Of a stretch of 64,000 nt of DNA, positions 50,681 through 63,459 are shown piece after piece (position 1 is the first letter of the stretch; each line of letters begins with the position of its first letter). A program made the translations under genes and the position numbers. The stretch lies in contig OZ218964.1 in NCBI GenBank assembly GCA_965112735.1, positions 1,612,001 through 1,676,000 of the forward strand. The letters are read 5' to 3'. This DNA is from Phaeosaccion multiseriatum (Eukaryota > Protista > Ochrophyta, other classes). Below the pieces are notes generated by a model. The model was given only the letters and a program-made list of their open reading frames with translations, was not told where the DNA came from and made no database searches.

Positions 50681-53600
50681 TGTGTGTGTGCGTGTGAGAG
50701 AGAGAGAGTATGTATGTGTGTGTATGTGTATGAACGTGTGTGAGTGCATTTGTGTGTCTCTCTCTCTGTGTGTGTGCATGTGTGTGTATGTATGTGTGTT
50801 GTGCCTGTGTGCCAGCCAGATCCCCTCCCTCCCTTCCTCCTCTAACCTTCCACTGAAAGAAGTCCCCCTGATCGAAGAGCTTGCTCTGCTGGAAGGTCTG
50901 CACCCCCTCGAATCCAAGGTGGTCGAAGATGAAGCTCACGTACTCGCTCAGCAGATTGGCGAGCACGGGCACTGCTCAGAGACAATCATGCACGCACCAG
51001 GCCGAGCAGAATTAAGACAAAAGCAAGACAGGAAGTGAGGAGAGGGAAGGGAGGATAGGGTAAGATGGGAGGGAGAGAGGAAGGTAAGACAGGGTAGGAA
51101 AGACAGGGCAAGACAAGCAGACCGGGGTCCGGGAGTGAACTTGGGACCGGGAAGAAGCTGCGGGGGGGCAGCAAACAAATAAACAAACAGCAGGACTTGT
51201 GTGCTACTCTCAAGGGCTTCCCTCATACTCCGTGGCTTCACTCACGATTCTTCTCCGGGTTTCTGTTGATGAGGGCCGCGGAAGCTGACGCCGCCAGATC
51301 GCTAAGGGGACGCACAGACACACACAGAGAGACACAGACACACACAGACACACACACACCCCACACACACGACCCCAGAGCAAAGCAACGGGTAAGGAGG
51401 TCGAGGATCAGAAACGCATCATGGAGAATGGTAAAAGAGGCAAGGGAAGAAGGGCACAGCAAAGGGGAGGAAGGCGCAAGTTGTTGTTGTAAGTCGTCCG
51501 TGTCGACACCACCCAAGGTGCAAGGCGCCCAAGGTGGCCACGCAAAGCCCATCCCAGGCAATCATACGAGCATGCGAATGACCCCCCACCCCCTCTCTCA
51601 CTCTCTCTCCCTCTCTCTCTCTACTACCCCCCCATCTGTCCCTGCCCCTCTTCTCTCTCTCTCTCTCTCCCTCTCACGCTCCTCACACGTCCTTACCGCA
51701 GTGACGGGATGTCTGCCCCACTACTGAGGTAGAGGTAGGGCCCACAAGGGCTAGGGGGTGAGGGGAAACATGTCGGAGGGGCGCTGGAGAGAGAGGCACA
51801 GCCAGAAGAGCCCTCCTGAGCAGAGAATCATCATTCAAGAGCAAGGGCCAGGGTGGAAGGAGGGACAGAGGGAGAGAAAGGGGGGGGGGGGGGAGAGGGA
51901 GAGATAGAGAGGGAGGGGGAGAGAGAAAGGGACAGGGAGAGATGGAGATAGAGACAGAGACAGAGAGAGAAACGCTTAAAACTTGTACTCTTCACTCTTC
52001 GCCGTCTACCAGGTCAGTTCACTTCATTAGACCTTCACCAATGTAGACAACTACCGATCCAAAATGTCGATCCGCAACATCGACTACCCCTCCCCCGCTC
52101 CCCCCCTCACCTTTGCCGCAGTATTCTGGGAGCGAATGGCTTCATCTCTCTCCCTTCTGCGCTTCTTGGTATTACTCTCTCGTGCAGCCTTTCTGGCTTC
52201 TGCTGCCTTCTTGCCTTCTGCTGTCGTCGTCCCGACTGCGAAGCCCGGGCTCTCCTTATCGGCGCCACTCCCGACACTCTTGAAGAGCCCTCCGGTCTTT
52301 CGAATCATTTGCTCACACTCCAGCAGGCGCTGCAAGCAGGGAGGAGGGGGAAGGAGGAGCAAGAGAGGAAGAGGAGAAGGAGGAACGGTCAGACAAAGAG
52401 ACAACAACAACAGCACACGCGCGTGAGGTGAGGTGAGGTGAAGTGAGGTGAAATGAGAGGTGAGGTGAGATGAAATGAGAGGTGAAGTGCGGTGAAATGA
52501 GGTGAAATGAGAGGTGAGGTGAGGTGAAATGAGAGGTGAGGTGAGATGAGGTGAGATGAGGTGAAGTGAGGTGAGATGAGAGGTGAGGTGAGATGAGGTG
52601 AAGTGAGGTGAAGTGAGGTGAGATGAGAGGTGAGGTGAGGTGAGGTGAGATGAGAGGTGAGGTGAGGTGAAATGAGAGGTGAGGTGAGGTGAAATGAGAG
52701 GTGAGGGGAGGTGAGAGGCGAGGTGAGGTGAGGTGAAGTGAGGTGTGGTCATGAGGTGTGGTCAGGTTGTCAGGTTCACTCACCTCCTTGGCCTCCTTGG
52801 CGAGCACGTTCTTGCTCTGATCTCCGAGGGTGCGCACGATGTAACGGAAGTCGCGGATGGCCTGTGATGTCATGTGATGTCATGTGATGAGAGGTGATGA
52901 GGAGTGAGGTGTGTGTGAGGTAAGACATGGGTTTGAGAAATGGTCCAGTCAGTCAGAGACAAGACAAGAGCAGCGAGGCAAAAGGCAGTGGCAGAGACAG
53001 AGACAGCAAGACATCAGAGGGGGAGAGGCGGAGAGGCCGCGGCGGAGTGAGGAAGGGAGTAAAGGAGAGGAGAACAGGGCTGAAGCTGAAACTCACCGCA
53101 TTGTAGTTCTTCCTCTCCTTGCTGGCGAGGCCTCTCGTGGAGTAGCCCTGGGCGGAGCACACCAGCACAAGCCGTAGTAGCAGGGGCAGCAGGAATAGCG
53201 TATGTTGTGATTGATGGAGATGGACAGGCAAGCGCCGGCATAGAGGGGATGAAACTGTCACTGACTTACTACAAGCCTTTGTAATGGATAGGCAAGTATC
53301 AGAAATGAAGCCACAGTGGTAGGCAACGACCGGCCCCCCTCGATGTCAGTATTCATCAGTATGGGAGTTTCCCACGATAGATACGAGCACGACGGGCCTC
53401 ACTCAAAGCGCACGCATTCACGCACACACACTACACACACACGTACACAGAGACAGAGACACACACACACCAGAGAGAGAAGAACCACAGAGAGAGACAT
53501 AGATACACATACACAATAGGGAGAGACAGATACCATGAGAGCTGACGTATATACATACATACGTACGCGTATGCACCTACGTACCTTGAGGTAGGTGGGG

Positions 53601-55664
53601 TCCATTTCGATGCAGTGGTTGGCGTCGAAGCTCGCACTACCCATGTTGCCCCACTTGAGGTGGGCTAGAGCCCTGTTCCCGTACAGCCTTGAACAAAGGA
53701 TCCTGGCCTCCTTCTCCACCTCCTCCTCTTTTCCGTAGGGGCCCAGCGCCTCCTCCTCCTCCCCCTGCGGCCCTTCCCCCCCCTCCTCGTCGCCCTTCTC
53801 TTCCTCCTCGCCCTCGAGCTGAAACCGCGTAATGGGGGCGGGGAGCACTCTGTGCGACACGTACTGAAGAGCCTCAGAGTAGTGATCCACGGCCTCCGAG
53901 AGTCTGAGAGAGAGTGAGAGAGAGGGCGGGGGGGGGGGGGGGGCGGGGAGCGTGTGTGAGAGAGGGAGAAGAGAGAGGGGGGGGGAGAGGGGAGCACACA
54001 CAACATAAGGGGGGAGGATAAGCACGAGGAAATGAGGAACTTCACCAAAAGAAGGGGCCGAGTAGGTGGCAAGCAGGCAGGCTCATGGGCAGACAGGAAG
54101 GGAGGCATGTGGACAGGCAAGCAGGTAGAGCGAGAGCTGAGGCAAGGGCTACATGAGGACAACAGTAGCACGTAGGACACAAAGGAGGCCCAGCGGCAAG
54201 AGAGGCTCACGCACACACGCACACACACACACACGCGCGCACACGCGCACACACACCTCTGGTTCTGGAAGGCGACATTGCCCTGGTCCTTGAGCTTTGT
54301 CGCCACCGCCACTGCCTCCCCGAGGGTCTTGTCCGAGCCGAGACGCGCCTGCTGCCCAGCAGGACTGTGAGCCTCGAGCTGCCTGCGCTGCACCTCAATC
54401 ACGCGCATGGCCTTCTGTAACTGCTCCTCCAAGCTTGGGCCCGCCGTTTCAGACCCCGCAGCTTTCGCCTCCCCGCCACCACTCCCTTCAGCTCCTGCTG
54501 CTGCTGCTGCTGGTGGTGGCCGTGCTGTTGCGCCCGACCCTCGGTTCCTCCGAGCCTTCCCTGCTTTCCCCCCTCTCCCCTTGGCGCTCGTACTGCTTGA
54601 CACGCTCCTATTATTTACTCCCCCTGTTCCTCCTTTGAGTGATCGCTTACGGGCCAGCGGCGGTCTCTCCTTATCTTGATCCTCTCCGCCGCCGCTGCTG
54701 CTGCTGCTGCTATCGTCGCTGCTGCTGCCGAGCTTGAGCAGCGCCGCTCTCAGCTTATTTGTGACGCCTTTCGATGGCGCCTTCCTGGTCGTTGTTGATG
54801 CTGCTGCTGCTGGTGCTGCTGCTGCGGCTGCCGCTGCCGCTGCCGCTGCCGCTGCCGCTGTAGGGCACGAATCGTCGCGAGCGGAAGAAGAGGGAATCAG
54901 GTAAGCGGGGGGGATCCAGCCCGTATGAGGAGGGAGAGAGGAGTTGCAACTGGAAGGCGAGGGAAAGGAAAGAGCGAAGGGGGAGGGGTGGACGTGGAAG
55001 TTGTGACAGATGGAGCAAGTTCACAAGGATATACCTTCCTTCTCCTTCAGCTGCTTCTCCACCGCCAGCTTCGCCTTTTTCGCCTGCTTGCGTCTCTGCT
55101 CCGCTTCTTCCTTCTCCTTCCTCTCCTTTGCGCGCGCTCGCTCTCGCTCTCTCTCCTCCCTCTCAGGGTCTGCTGCTCCAGAGTTCATGAAGCTACACGG
55201 CAAAGAGCAAAAGACGCATGATATCTCGTAAGTAGCCTTACGCAGAGAAATGAACGACTGGCTAAAGGACGGCCTCAAGGGCTACACAGACGTACTTGGC
55301 GAGAAACTGCATGGGGTTTGTTGCGTCCATGGGCCCTCCTGGCCCTGGGAATGGGAATGGAACCTGCGGCCCTCCCCCCCCTCCTCCTCCTGCCATTCCT
55401 TGGAACATCTGCATGAAACTCGCCATCATTTGCGGGTCCATCTGGCCTGGCATTTCTACTCCTCCTCCTCCCCCCCCCCCCCCCCCCTCCTCCTCCTCCT
55501 CCTCCTCCATCATCCGATTCCTCCGAGTTTGAGCAAAGACCCGGTGGCCCGTCGCTGCTATCGTCGTCGTCGTTGTCGATAAGTCCAGGAGGCCCTCCGT
55601 CCGAGTCACTGCTACCTCCTGTATCGCTCCCTATGTTATCCCATTTCGAGTAGTTTAACGCCAT
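45405..55664 (-). CDS. YSKWD-motif N-terminus + 3 TPR + BC-box-like motif + Pol-beta-superfamily nucleotidyltransferase domain; ~22 exons (apparent frameshift at C18 55470-55487)
   Basis: MALNYSKWDNI. TPRs KLKDQGNVAF..AVDHYSEAL, LYGNRALAHLKWG..DPTYLK|GYSTRGLA..|AIRDF. Linker exons 51815-51697 and 51301-51246 give IPSLRDLAA..LPVL in frame. NTase DWNNVVVAGGAVLACL..N|DVDIFIYG|LTPEQA..QIVL|RLY..EVIHGFDVDSC..FDG..RSPTYVSRLFKY..RG..TGSFHP. Confidence 0.7.
52423..52745. repeat. Degenerate pentanucleotide (GAGGT/GAAGT/GAGAT/GAAAT)n array filling an intron
   Basis: Direct inspection. The HLTSP ORFs here are artefacts. Confidence 0.9.
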
Positions 55665-56192
55665 CGTCTGGAAGGGACTGCTGCCCTTCCTTCTTTCTCT
55701 CAAGATCCACTGTGCAAAAAAAAAAAAAAAAAAAATGAGGGAGGGGAGGGGGGTGTTTATGAGTTTCAATTCAATTGAAAACTTCAAGCCTCCCTTGTCG
55801 AAAAGAAAGGATAGAGGCGCCGGCCAAAACAGGAAGCAGGGTCGCCTCGAAGCATGTCAGGGGCCGAATAAATACAATATCCCCCTTATGCTGGCAATCC
55901 GCTTTCTTCTTTCCCACCTCATCCAAACAAAAATGACATGCCCAGCCTTGAAGCCCTCCTGAATCATATCCTCGAAAACCTTTCCAACAGCGACGCTTGG
56001 GCGGGAGGCGCCACGTCTCATCTCTTTCCTCGTGAGCCCCAGCCTCCTGATGATGCGACGCATTGTTGCTCGCGAGACTTCGAAGCCGCACTAGTCGGAG
56101 ACCATAGAAAATGATCGAGAGCCGCCCCTGTTTATTATCAGAGGGTCGTTCGGCCAAGACCGACCTACCTCCTCCTCACTCAACCATTGTTT

Positions 56193-58141
56193 CTACATGT
56201 CCTCCCATGAAAGGGACGTGGCCACTTTGGCTGCCACTTTCCTCCTGCCAGCCCCACCCTCCTTCCCCTTGGCGGCGCTGCCCTTGGTCTTGGTGGTGCT
56301 TCCCTTGGTCGCCGCCCCCGATGACACCTTGGCCTTCTTTGCCGCAGCACCCGCCTGCCGCGGCGCCTTTGCCTTTGCCTTCCCCTTCCCCTTTCCCTGT
56401 CCGACCACCTCCTCGCTCGCCCCCACCTCGAGCTTTCCCTTCTTATCCTTCGCCGCGGCCTTCTTAGGCACTGCTGCTGGCTTCTTCTTGCCGCTGGCTT
56501 TCTGGGCTGCTCTTCGCGCGTTGTGAGCTTTCTCGTCTGCCTTGGCCTTGGGTCTGTACACTACTTTCTCCACAGGCTTTCCTTTCTTCTTCTTCCCCGC
56601 CACCTTCTTCACTACCACTGTCCTTTCTTCTTCCTCCTCCTCCTCCTCCTCCTCCTCCTCCTCCCCCCTCCTCCTCCTCCTCCTCCTCCAAACCCACCTC
56701 ATTCGCACTCTCCTCCTCCTGCTCCTCGCCACCCTCCTCTTCTTCCTCCTCCTCCCCTTCGTCATCCTCATCCTCATCGCTCATATCCACATCCCCGTCC
56801 CCATCCTCCATCTCCCCTGCCTTCCTCTTCTTGGTCGCCTTGGCCGCTGCCTTCTTGTCCTGAATGCTCTTGAGCTTCTCTGCAAGCCCCGGCACCTCTA
56901 CCATCACCTCCGGCTCGGCCTTGATGCTCGCAATGGTCTCTCCCTCCGCCAGGGGAGGCGCCACAAAGAAGGGAAGCTTGCCTCTTTGCCAGTCGTTGAT
57001 CACATTCACCGCAATACATCCCAAGTCGGGTTCCCCGCCCTGCATCAGCCTACCCTGCTTCTTGGCCACCTGCGTCAGAAAGTCCTCCGCGTCCTTCCAG
57101 TCCCCCACCCCGTACACCCGCTTCATGTACTCCTTCTTGACCCTCTCCAGGATGGGAGGCACAAACTCTGTGGGGTCGGGCAGCCTCTCTGCGCGCACCA
57201 CCCCCTTGAGCACTGTCTCTGCCTCGTCGTCGCCAACATCGTACACCACACCGGGGCAGTCAATAATGTATATTCTCCGCATCAGCGTAATGTATTGCCA
57301 CACCTTCGTCTCCCCAGGGATGGGAGCCACTTTGCACACCTTCTTCTTCTTGAGTGTGTTGATGATGGAGCTCTTGCCCACGTTGGGGTAACCGACGATA
57401 CCCACCGATATCTGCTTCCTGTCCGTGTGCAGCTTTGCGAATTGCCGCAACAGGTTGATGAGCGCTCCCTTGCCGAAGCTGTTGGTGATACTCGCGTGGA
57501 AGGCAAGCGTGGGGTTGTCTTTGCTGAGGATCTTTACCCACTTCTTCGTCACCCAGTTGGGCACCAAGTCACACTGAACAGGTTGGGAGGAAGCAGGAGG
57601 GAGGGGGGGGGGGAGGCGGGGCAAGTGTTAGAGCAGAAGAAGGGAGGAGGAGGAGTGGAGGGGACATTGACATTGGAGAGGTCAGTCCCTCAGGGTTGTG
57701 ACAGGACTCTGATTGATGGGGACGCACCGGACGGACTACCATCCCCCATCCTACACATGAACGCACATGCTCACGCGCAAGTCCACGCCCCTCTTTCCTT
57801 CCCCTCCCTCCCTCCCTCCCTCCCTCCCTCCCTCCCTCCCTCCCCCCCTCTCTCTTAGTCCGGACCTTATTGATGACGAACACCAAGTGTTTGTGCGGTG
57901 CGTTCTTCTTGAGATGCTTCTCCATGTGCATGCAGCGCGTCCCTGGCACGTTGCGCGCGTCAAGCACCTGAATCACCACGTCCGAGCAGTCCAGCACCTT
58001 GTACAGCTCCGCCCAGATGCGCTTGCTCTGCCCCTTCTCAAACAGGTCCTTGCGCGTGAAGGTCTCGTACTCCAGGTCCTCCTCGTCCTCCAGCGCGCGT
58101 GCGCCTGTGTCTCTGCGGCCCACTTTCTCGTATGCCTCTTG

Positions 58142-58192
<51 letters not shown>

Positions 58193-59106
58193 GGAGAAGG
58201 CGGAGGGGGGGGAGGAGGAGGATGAGGAGGAGGAGGGAGGCAAGGAAGGAGGGAAGTCCAGGAGGAGCGTCAAGACCACGCCCACAATCGACATCTCAGC
58301 AGAGATGAAATCTGGCAGCGCATGTCAAGCAAAGATTCTGGGAGCGACAGAGCTGACGCACCTTCTGCGCCGCTGCCAGCATGGAGCTCAGGTCTCCGTT
58401 CCCCTCCCCCAGCTTGGGCCTCTTGCGCTGCCTGCCCGCGGCGAACACGTCCGCGTAGGACTCCGTGCTGAGCAGGTTCATCTTGGCCTCCTTGGTGGAG
58501 TCCGTCAGGAGCCCCATGGGAAGGGTCTTACGCTTCATCACCACCGTGAAGGGGTCGGCGGACCTGGGTGCGGGAAGGAGGGAGAGGGGGATGTGGAGAC
58601 GTTAGTTTTGTGTTCAGGACTTGTTTGGTTTCTCCCACAGGGAAGAGAGAAAATTTAGAGGAGCCGGACACTACATCTCTCTCTTTGACCTTGAGCACTC
58701 TCGGCGTGCTTGCCACCAACCTTCCTCATCCCTCTCTCCTTCCAATCTCCCCTCCTCACCTGGTGGACATTTGCTCCCGGAAGGTGTCAATGTCTCCCTG
58801 CGCCACAACCCTCGTGTTTCCGAACCAGCGTCGATTGGGCTGCACGCGGCCAGTGTCGGCCGTAATCTGCTTGTCCCCCACCCGATTTCCCATCATGTAG
58901 GCCCCTCCAATGACCTTACCGGCCTTGTTTCGGATGGCCTTCCCCCCCTTGTACATAGCCACTCTCTTTATGGTATTCTTGTCACGTAAGTTGCCTCCTC
59001 GCTGCCGCACGCCCTCCGTGGAGCGCATGGGATTGGCGCTGCTGCCGCTCTTCGACCGCATGTTGAGCGGCCGGTGCTTGATCTGGGACCCCACGGCTGC
59101 CGACAT
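56193..59106 (-). CDS. NOG2: Nucleolar GTP-binding protein 2 (circularly permuted GTPase), 4 exons; apparent frameshift near 56660-56670
   Basis: NGP1NT motif [15 protein letters not shown]; [20 protein letters not shown]; G4 NK|CD; G1 GYPNVGKSS; G2 [11 protein letters not shown]; G3 DCPG; [10 protein letters not shown]. Confidence 0.95.
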
Positions 59107-59306
59107 GGTGAGCACGGAGGGCAGAGCAGAGAATGGGAGGTTCTCGTTGTGTGTGTGTGTCCTTCTAAAAACTATGTCTTCCCCAGCCGTATAAGAGCCG
59201 AGAATCGACCCAGGGGGGCATTCATTGACATAATCCACATTGACTTCCATTTTTTTTCCCCTCCCCCCTCTCTCCTTACTCAATCATCTCTCAAACGCCG
59301 ATCGCC

Positions 59307-62300
59307 ATGGCCTGGCGGCGCTTATCGCGCTCGCCTGCCGCCACCGCGTTGGTGTGTGCAGCCTCATCGATGGCGGGACTTCGTCTGGTGCAGCAGCAGG
59401 AAGTACAGCAACAGAGCCGCCGAATCGCAACCATTCGTGGTGGCCTGAACAGAAGCTCCACCAAGGACAGACGGAGGAGCAGGAGTAAGGACGATCACTT
59501 TAGCGTGTCGAATAGGTGGAAATGGAGGTTATGGCTTCCTCAAGTGCACGCCCAAGAAGATATGGGCACCAGCAGTGGCGACGGGAGCGCCGGCCAAGAA
59601 GAGAAAGAGAAGGAAAAAGCTGGCCTCTCAGGCGTGCTAACTCGCTTGACAAGGATAGCTACGAGCGGATACAAACAGGACTTTGAGAGCTTCGCAGCAA
59701 GTTTTGCAAGTACGTCGACGTTATCGCGAAGTGTGGAAGAGAATTTCTTGAGAACGAGCAGTACAGCCACCTTTTTGTTTTCGAGAATTCTTGACGATGT
59801 CCCATACCCTGCCTCGTCTCCTCCTGGGCTTCCCCTCCCGTCCATTAGAGCGTGTGGTGGACCCGGCCATGCTGAGCGCATTGGAGAGCATTCAGGTGCT
59901 CATGACTTCCCTCGCAGAGGATTTACAGCTGCCTAAAGGCGGGGAGCAAAGGGCGGAGGAAAGAGGACGGTACGTTTGATGGCTTCGACCCGCCTTGCTG
60001 CTACGTGGGAGGGGGACGTTCTTTTCTTTTGTGTCGGCTCCTGGCTCTCTGTAGGTACGTTTGCTCCATGGCGTACACCTCACCCCTCACACTCCCTTCA
60101 ATTCGCACACGGTGTCAGGTACTTGGCCAATCTGCTGCTCCTCATGAACATGCAGCAGCTCCAAGTGGTCGAGCGGGAGGCGCAGGAGCTGCAGGACTTT
60201 GATGGTGACGGAGAGCGGCTGTCTGCGGACAGGATGAAGCGCCTCTCCGACGCTGACAGAGAGGCTGTGCTGGAAGGGGCCTACTACGCCAGGTGAGGAG
60301 AGGTATACATGGTACACGCCGCTGCGAGTACACTCCTCGGTGTTGAGGGTTTGCTGGGGGGCGGAGCATCTTCCCTCCGATTGCGCTTTCCCTCCTCGTT
60401 CCTTGTGGCTGATGCTCTCCTCAACGACAATGTCCCCTCGTGTGTGTGTGTGTGTTGTGTGTGCGCTCGTCCGACCACACGCGCTTGTCACACCAACGCG
60501 TTTGCTGGGCGCCGCTTGTGGCCCCTCCCGTCCGCTTCTCAGATTCGCGGAGGCCGCTTACGGGATGCTGGGCAATCTCGGAGAGCTTCGCAAGCGAATG
60601 AAGGCTAAGGTACGCGCCCACGAAAGAGACCACAGCTAGCAGGCAGTCTGTCCTCATCTACCAAGGCTCACAGAGGAAGCTGTCTTTTTGATCGTAGCAC
60701 GTACTAGACTCTCCAGTGTCGTTCACAAGCAGCTCTAAATTTGCTGCTGCTGTTGCTTTTGTGGCTTGCTCCTTTCTCCCGGAGAAGGGCTTCAATCCGG
60801 CCACGTGGGTTACGTCCACGGGCGAGCTCGAGAGGATGTTCATCAGAGACTACTTGGCTGTGCCGGAGCAGCAGCAGCAGCATAAGAAGAAGACTAAAGA
60901 GGGAGCAGCAGGAGCACAGCAAGGTGGCGAGGGCAGCGACGAAGAGAAAGGACAAGATGATGGCCCGCGCGCCCACCCCAACCCTTGCGTGACCTTGGAC
61001 GATATCTTCCATCTCCAGACCTCAAGCTCCATGGAAAACCGCGCCTTCTTCGGGGCAGTGGACCACTCGAGCAAGTCCGTGGTGATCTCTATCCGGGGCA
61101 CCTTCTCCTTCGCCGATGCCGTGGTGGACGCTTTGCTGGACACGGTGGAGTGGCCTGGAGGAGGGGGCTGGGGGGGCGGCTGGGGCGGGGGGCGACCGGC
61201 GGTGGCGCACCGAGGGATGATGGAGAGCGCGCAGAAGGTTTGGGCGGACGCCAGAGAAAGTGTGGGCAAGGCGCTCAGCGAGAACAAAGGCTACGATCTC
61301 GTGGTCACCGGTACGTAGGCCGTGGTGGAGGATGCGAGAACGAGGAATGAGCGCATGTACGTATGGGATGAGAGAGCGCATGGCAGCGACGGGGTGAGGG
61401 GGCCGCAGGGGACACGGCGTGACTGCTTTTCCTGCGTGAGGCATGTGTGCTTTGTTGTTGGAAACGACGACCTTGACCAACCCTCTCCTTCCATGTCCTC
61501 CTCTCCTTGGCTCCCCATTACCCTCTCCCTCTCTCTCTGCACCTCTTCTCTCTTTCCCTCTCTCTTTCTCTTTCTCCGAATGCCCTCAACCCTGAACGCC
61601 TCCCATGACTCCATGACTCGGGTCTTGCTGCCTCCGTGTGCAACAGGACACAGTTTGGGCGGCGGCGCCGCCATTCTTCTGCGCTTGTTGCTTGACGATA
61701 GGGTGGAGAGGGAAAAGGGCGGCATCCCGCCGGGAACTCGCATCAGGTCTGTGTCTCGGCGAAGGAGAGGAAGTTGGCTCTTAGAAGGAGAAACTTGGCT
61801 CGTAGAAGGAGAAAGTCGGCTCTTAGCCCGGCACCCGTCTCAGCCCCTTGCCTCTCTCTGCTCTCTACTATCTCCCCTTGCCTCCCCATTCTTCTTTTGC
61901 TTGTGCCTCCTCAGGTGCTTCGCCTTCGCCCCACCGCCATGCTTCGGACCCGCCGACACCAAGATTGGTAGTCCCGTGGAGGGCAGCATACTGTCCTTTG
62001 TGAATAGAAACGACGTTGTGCCCAGCCTCTCTCTGCGCAATCTCCTTGGCCTCAATTGGACCCTGCACGGCATCGACACGATTCCCATGGAGTTGCCCCA
62101 GGTAAAGTAACGTACATGTACGGATGGAGAGTACGTTATGGCTGCACACAGCGTCAGGCTGCAGGACAGGAGCGCTGTAGGAAGATGCCATACATTCCAG
62201 CTTGAGGAGAGAGAGGAGTTGGGGGGGGGGGGAGGGAGCGAGGGAGGGAGAGAGAAACAGGGAGAGGGGCAGAGGGAGGGAGCGGGGAGAGAGAGGGAGC

Positions 62301-63459
62301 GGGGAGGCTGGTTCAGTCTTCGGTAACTGATCGGTTGTTTTGCTATTCTTTCCCCTTCGTGTTTGTACCTGTCTCTTTTCGTGGTGCTCTCACACAGAGA
62401 ATCAAGTTCTTGTGGGAGAACTGGCTCTTCGCCAAGGAGGAAGGAGGGGCAGAAGGAGAGAGTGAGGGCCAAAGGCAGCAGGCCTGGCTCGCAGATTTAA
62501 CGGAGGCTTACGAAGACGGACAAGATGCCCTCAACCACTTGAAACGGGCCATGACCAGGGGCAGCAGTGAAGATGGGGAAGGACAGGACAATGTCAAGAG
62601 CAGCAGCAGTAGCAGCAGCAGCAGTAGCAGCAGCAGCAGCAGTGGTGGTGGCAAAGTTGATGGCGGAGGAGGCGATGATGCCAGCGGTGCCGGTGTGGCC
62701 GGCGTGGTGCAGACGGTGACGAGTGCTGCTGAAGCCATCAAGACCACCACCCAAGAGGCCGCTGCCAAAACGTACCAGTCCCTCGTGCAAGACGTGACCG
62801 CCATCAACGAGGGCCTTCGCAAGGTGCAGGCAGCGGCTCAGTCGGGCGCAGATGCGGCAGGGGGCAGGGGCAAGGGCAAGGGCAAGGATAAGTTTAAGGG
62901 CAAGGCAGACGACGACGACAAGAACAAGAACAAGCCACCAACGTACGAGGACATCCTGTCGATTGCCTACGAGCTGCGCTACGGAGACTTGGAGCCTCCG
63001 TCTACTGCTGAGATGGCAAAACTGGTGGCGGAAGCGGAGGCGGCGGCTTGCAAGCGAGAGTGCAAGGCCATGGACGTTGCCGCCCTACGCGTGCCCGGCC
63101 GCGCCTACGTGCTCCGCCACCGAGGGGTCTTGCCGGAGGAGCAGCCGCAGGAGGAGGGGAAGGGAGAGGGGGAAGGGCCCACTCCCGCAGAGCGTGCCCT
63201 GAGCGAGATTTTGTCCGGCAATAAGCGGGCGAGAGAAGAGGAGGGGGAGGGGGAGGAGGAGGAGGAGGAGGAGAAGGAGGAGGGGGAGGAGGAGGAGGAG
63301 GAGCGCAAGGAGGAGCGGCAGCGCAGGGTGCTGTTCGTGGACGCGGTGCGGGAGTACAGCTCGACCTTCCAGGCCATCAAGCTGTGCAGCGACGTTGTGG
63401 ACGATCACTCCGTGGGGAACTACGTTGACGTGCTCGAGGCCCTCAGAAGGGACATGTGA
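59307..63459 (+). CDS. Class-3 lipase / DAG-lipase-like alpha-beta hydrolase with N-terminal organellar-targeting-like sequence; multi-exon
   Basis: SVVISIRGTFSFADAVVD, AHRGM, VVTG|HSLGGG (nucleophile Ser), FAFAPPP, FVNRNDVVP (Asp), DDHS (His). Confidence 0.85.
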
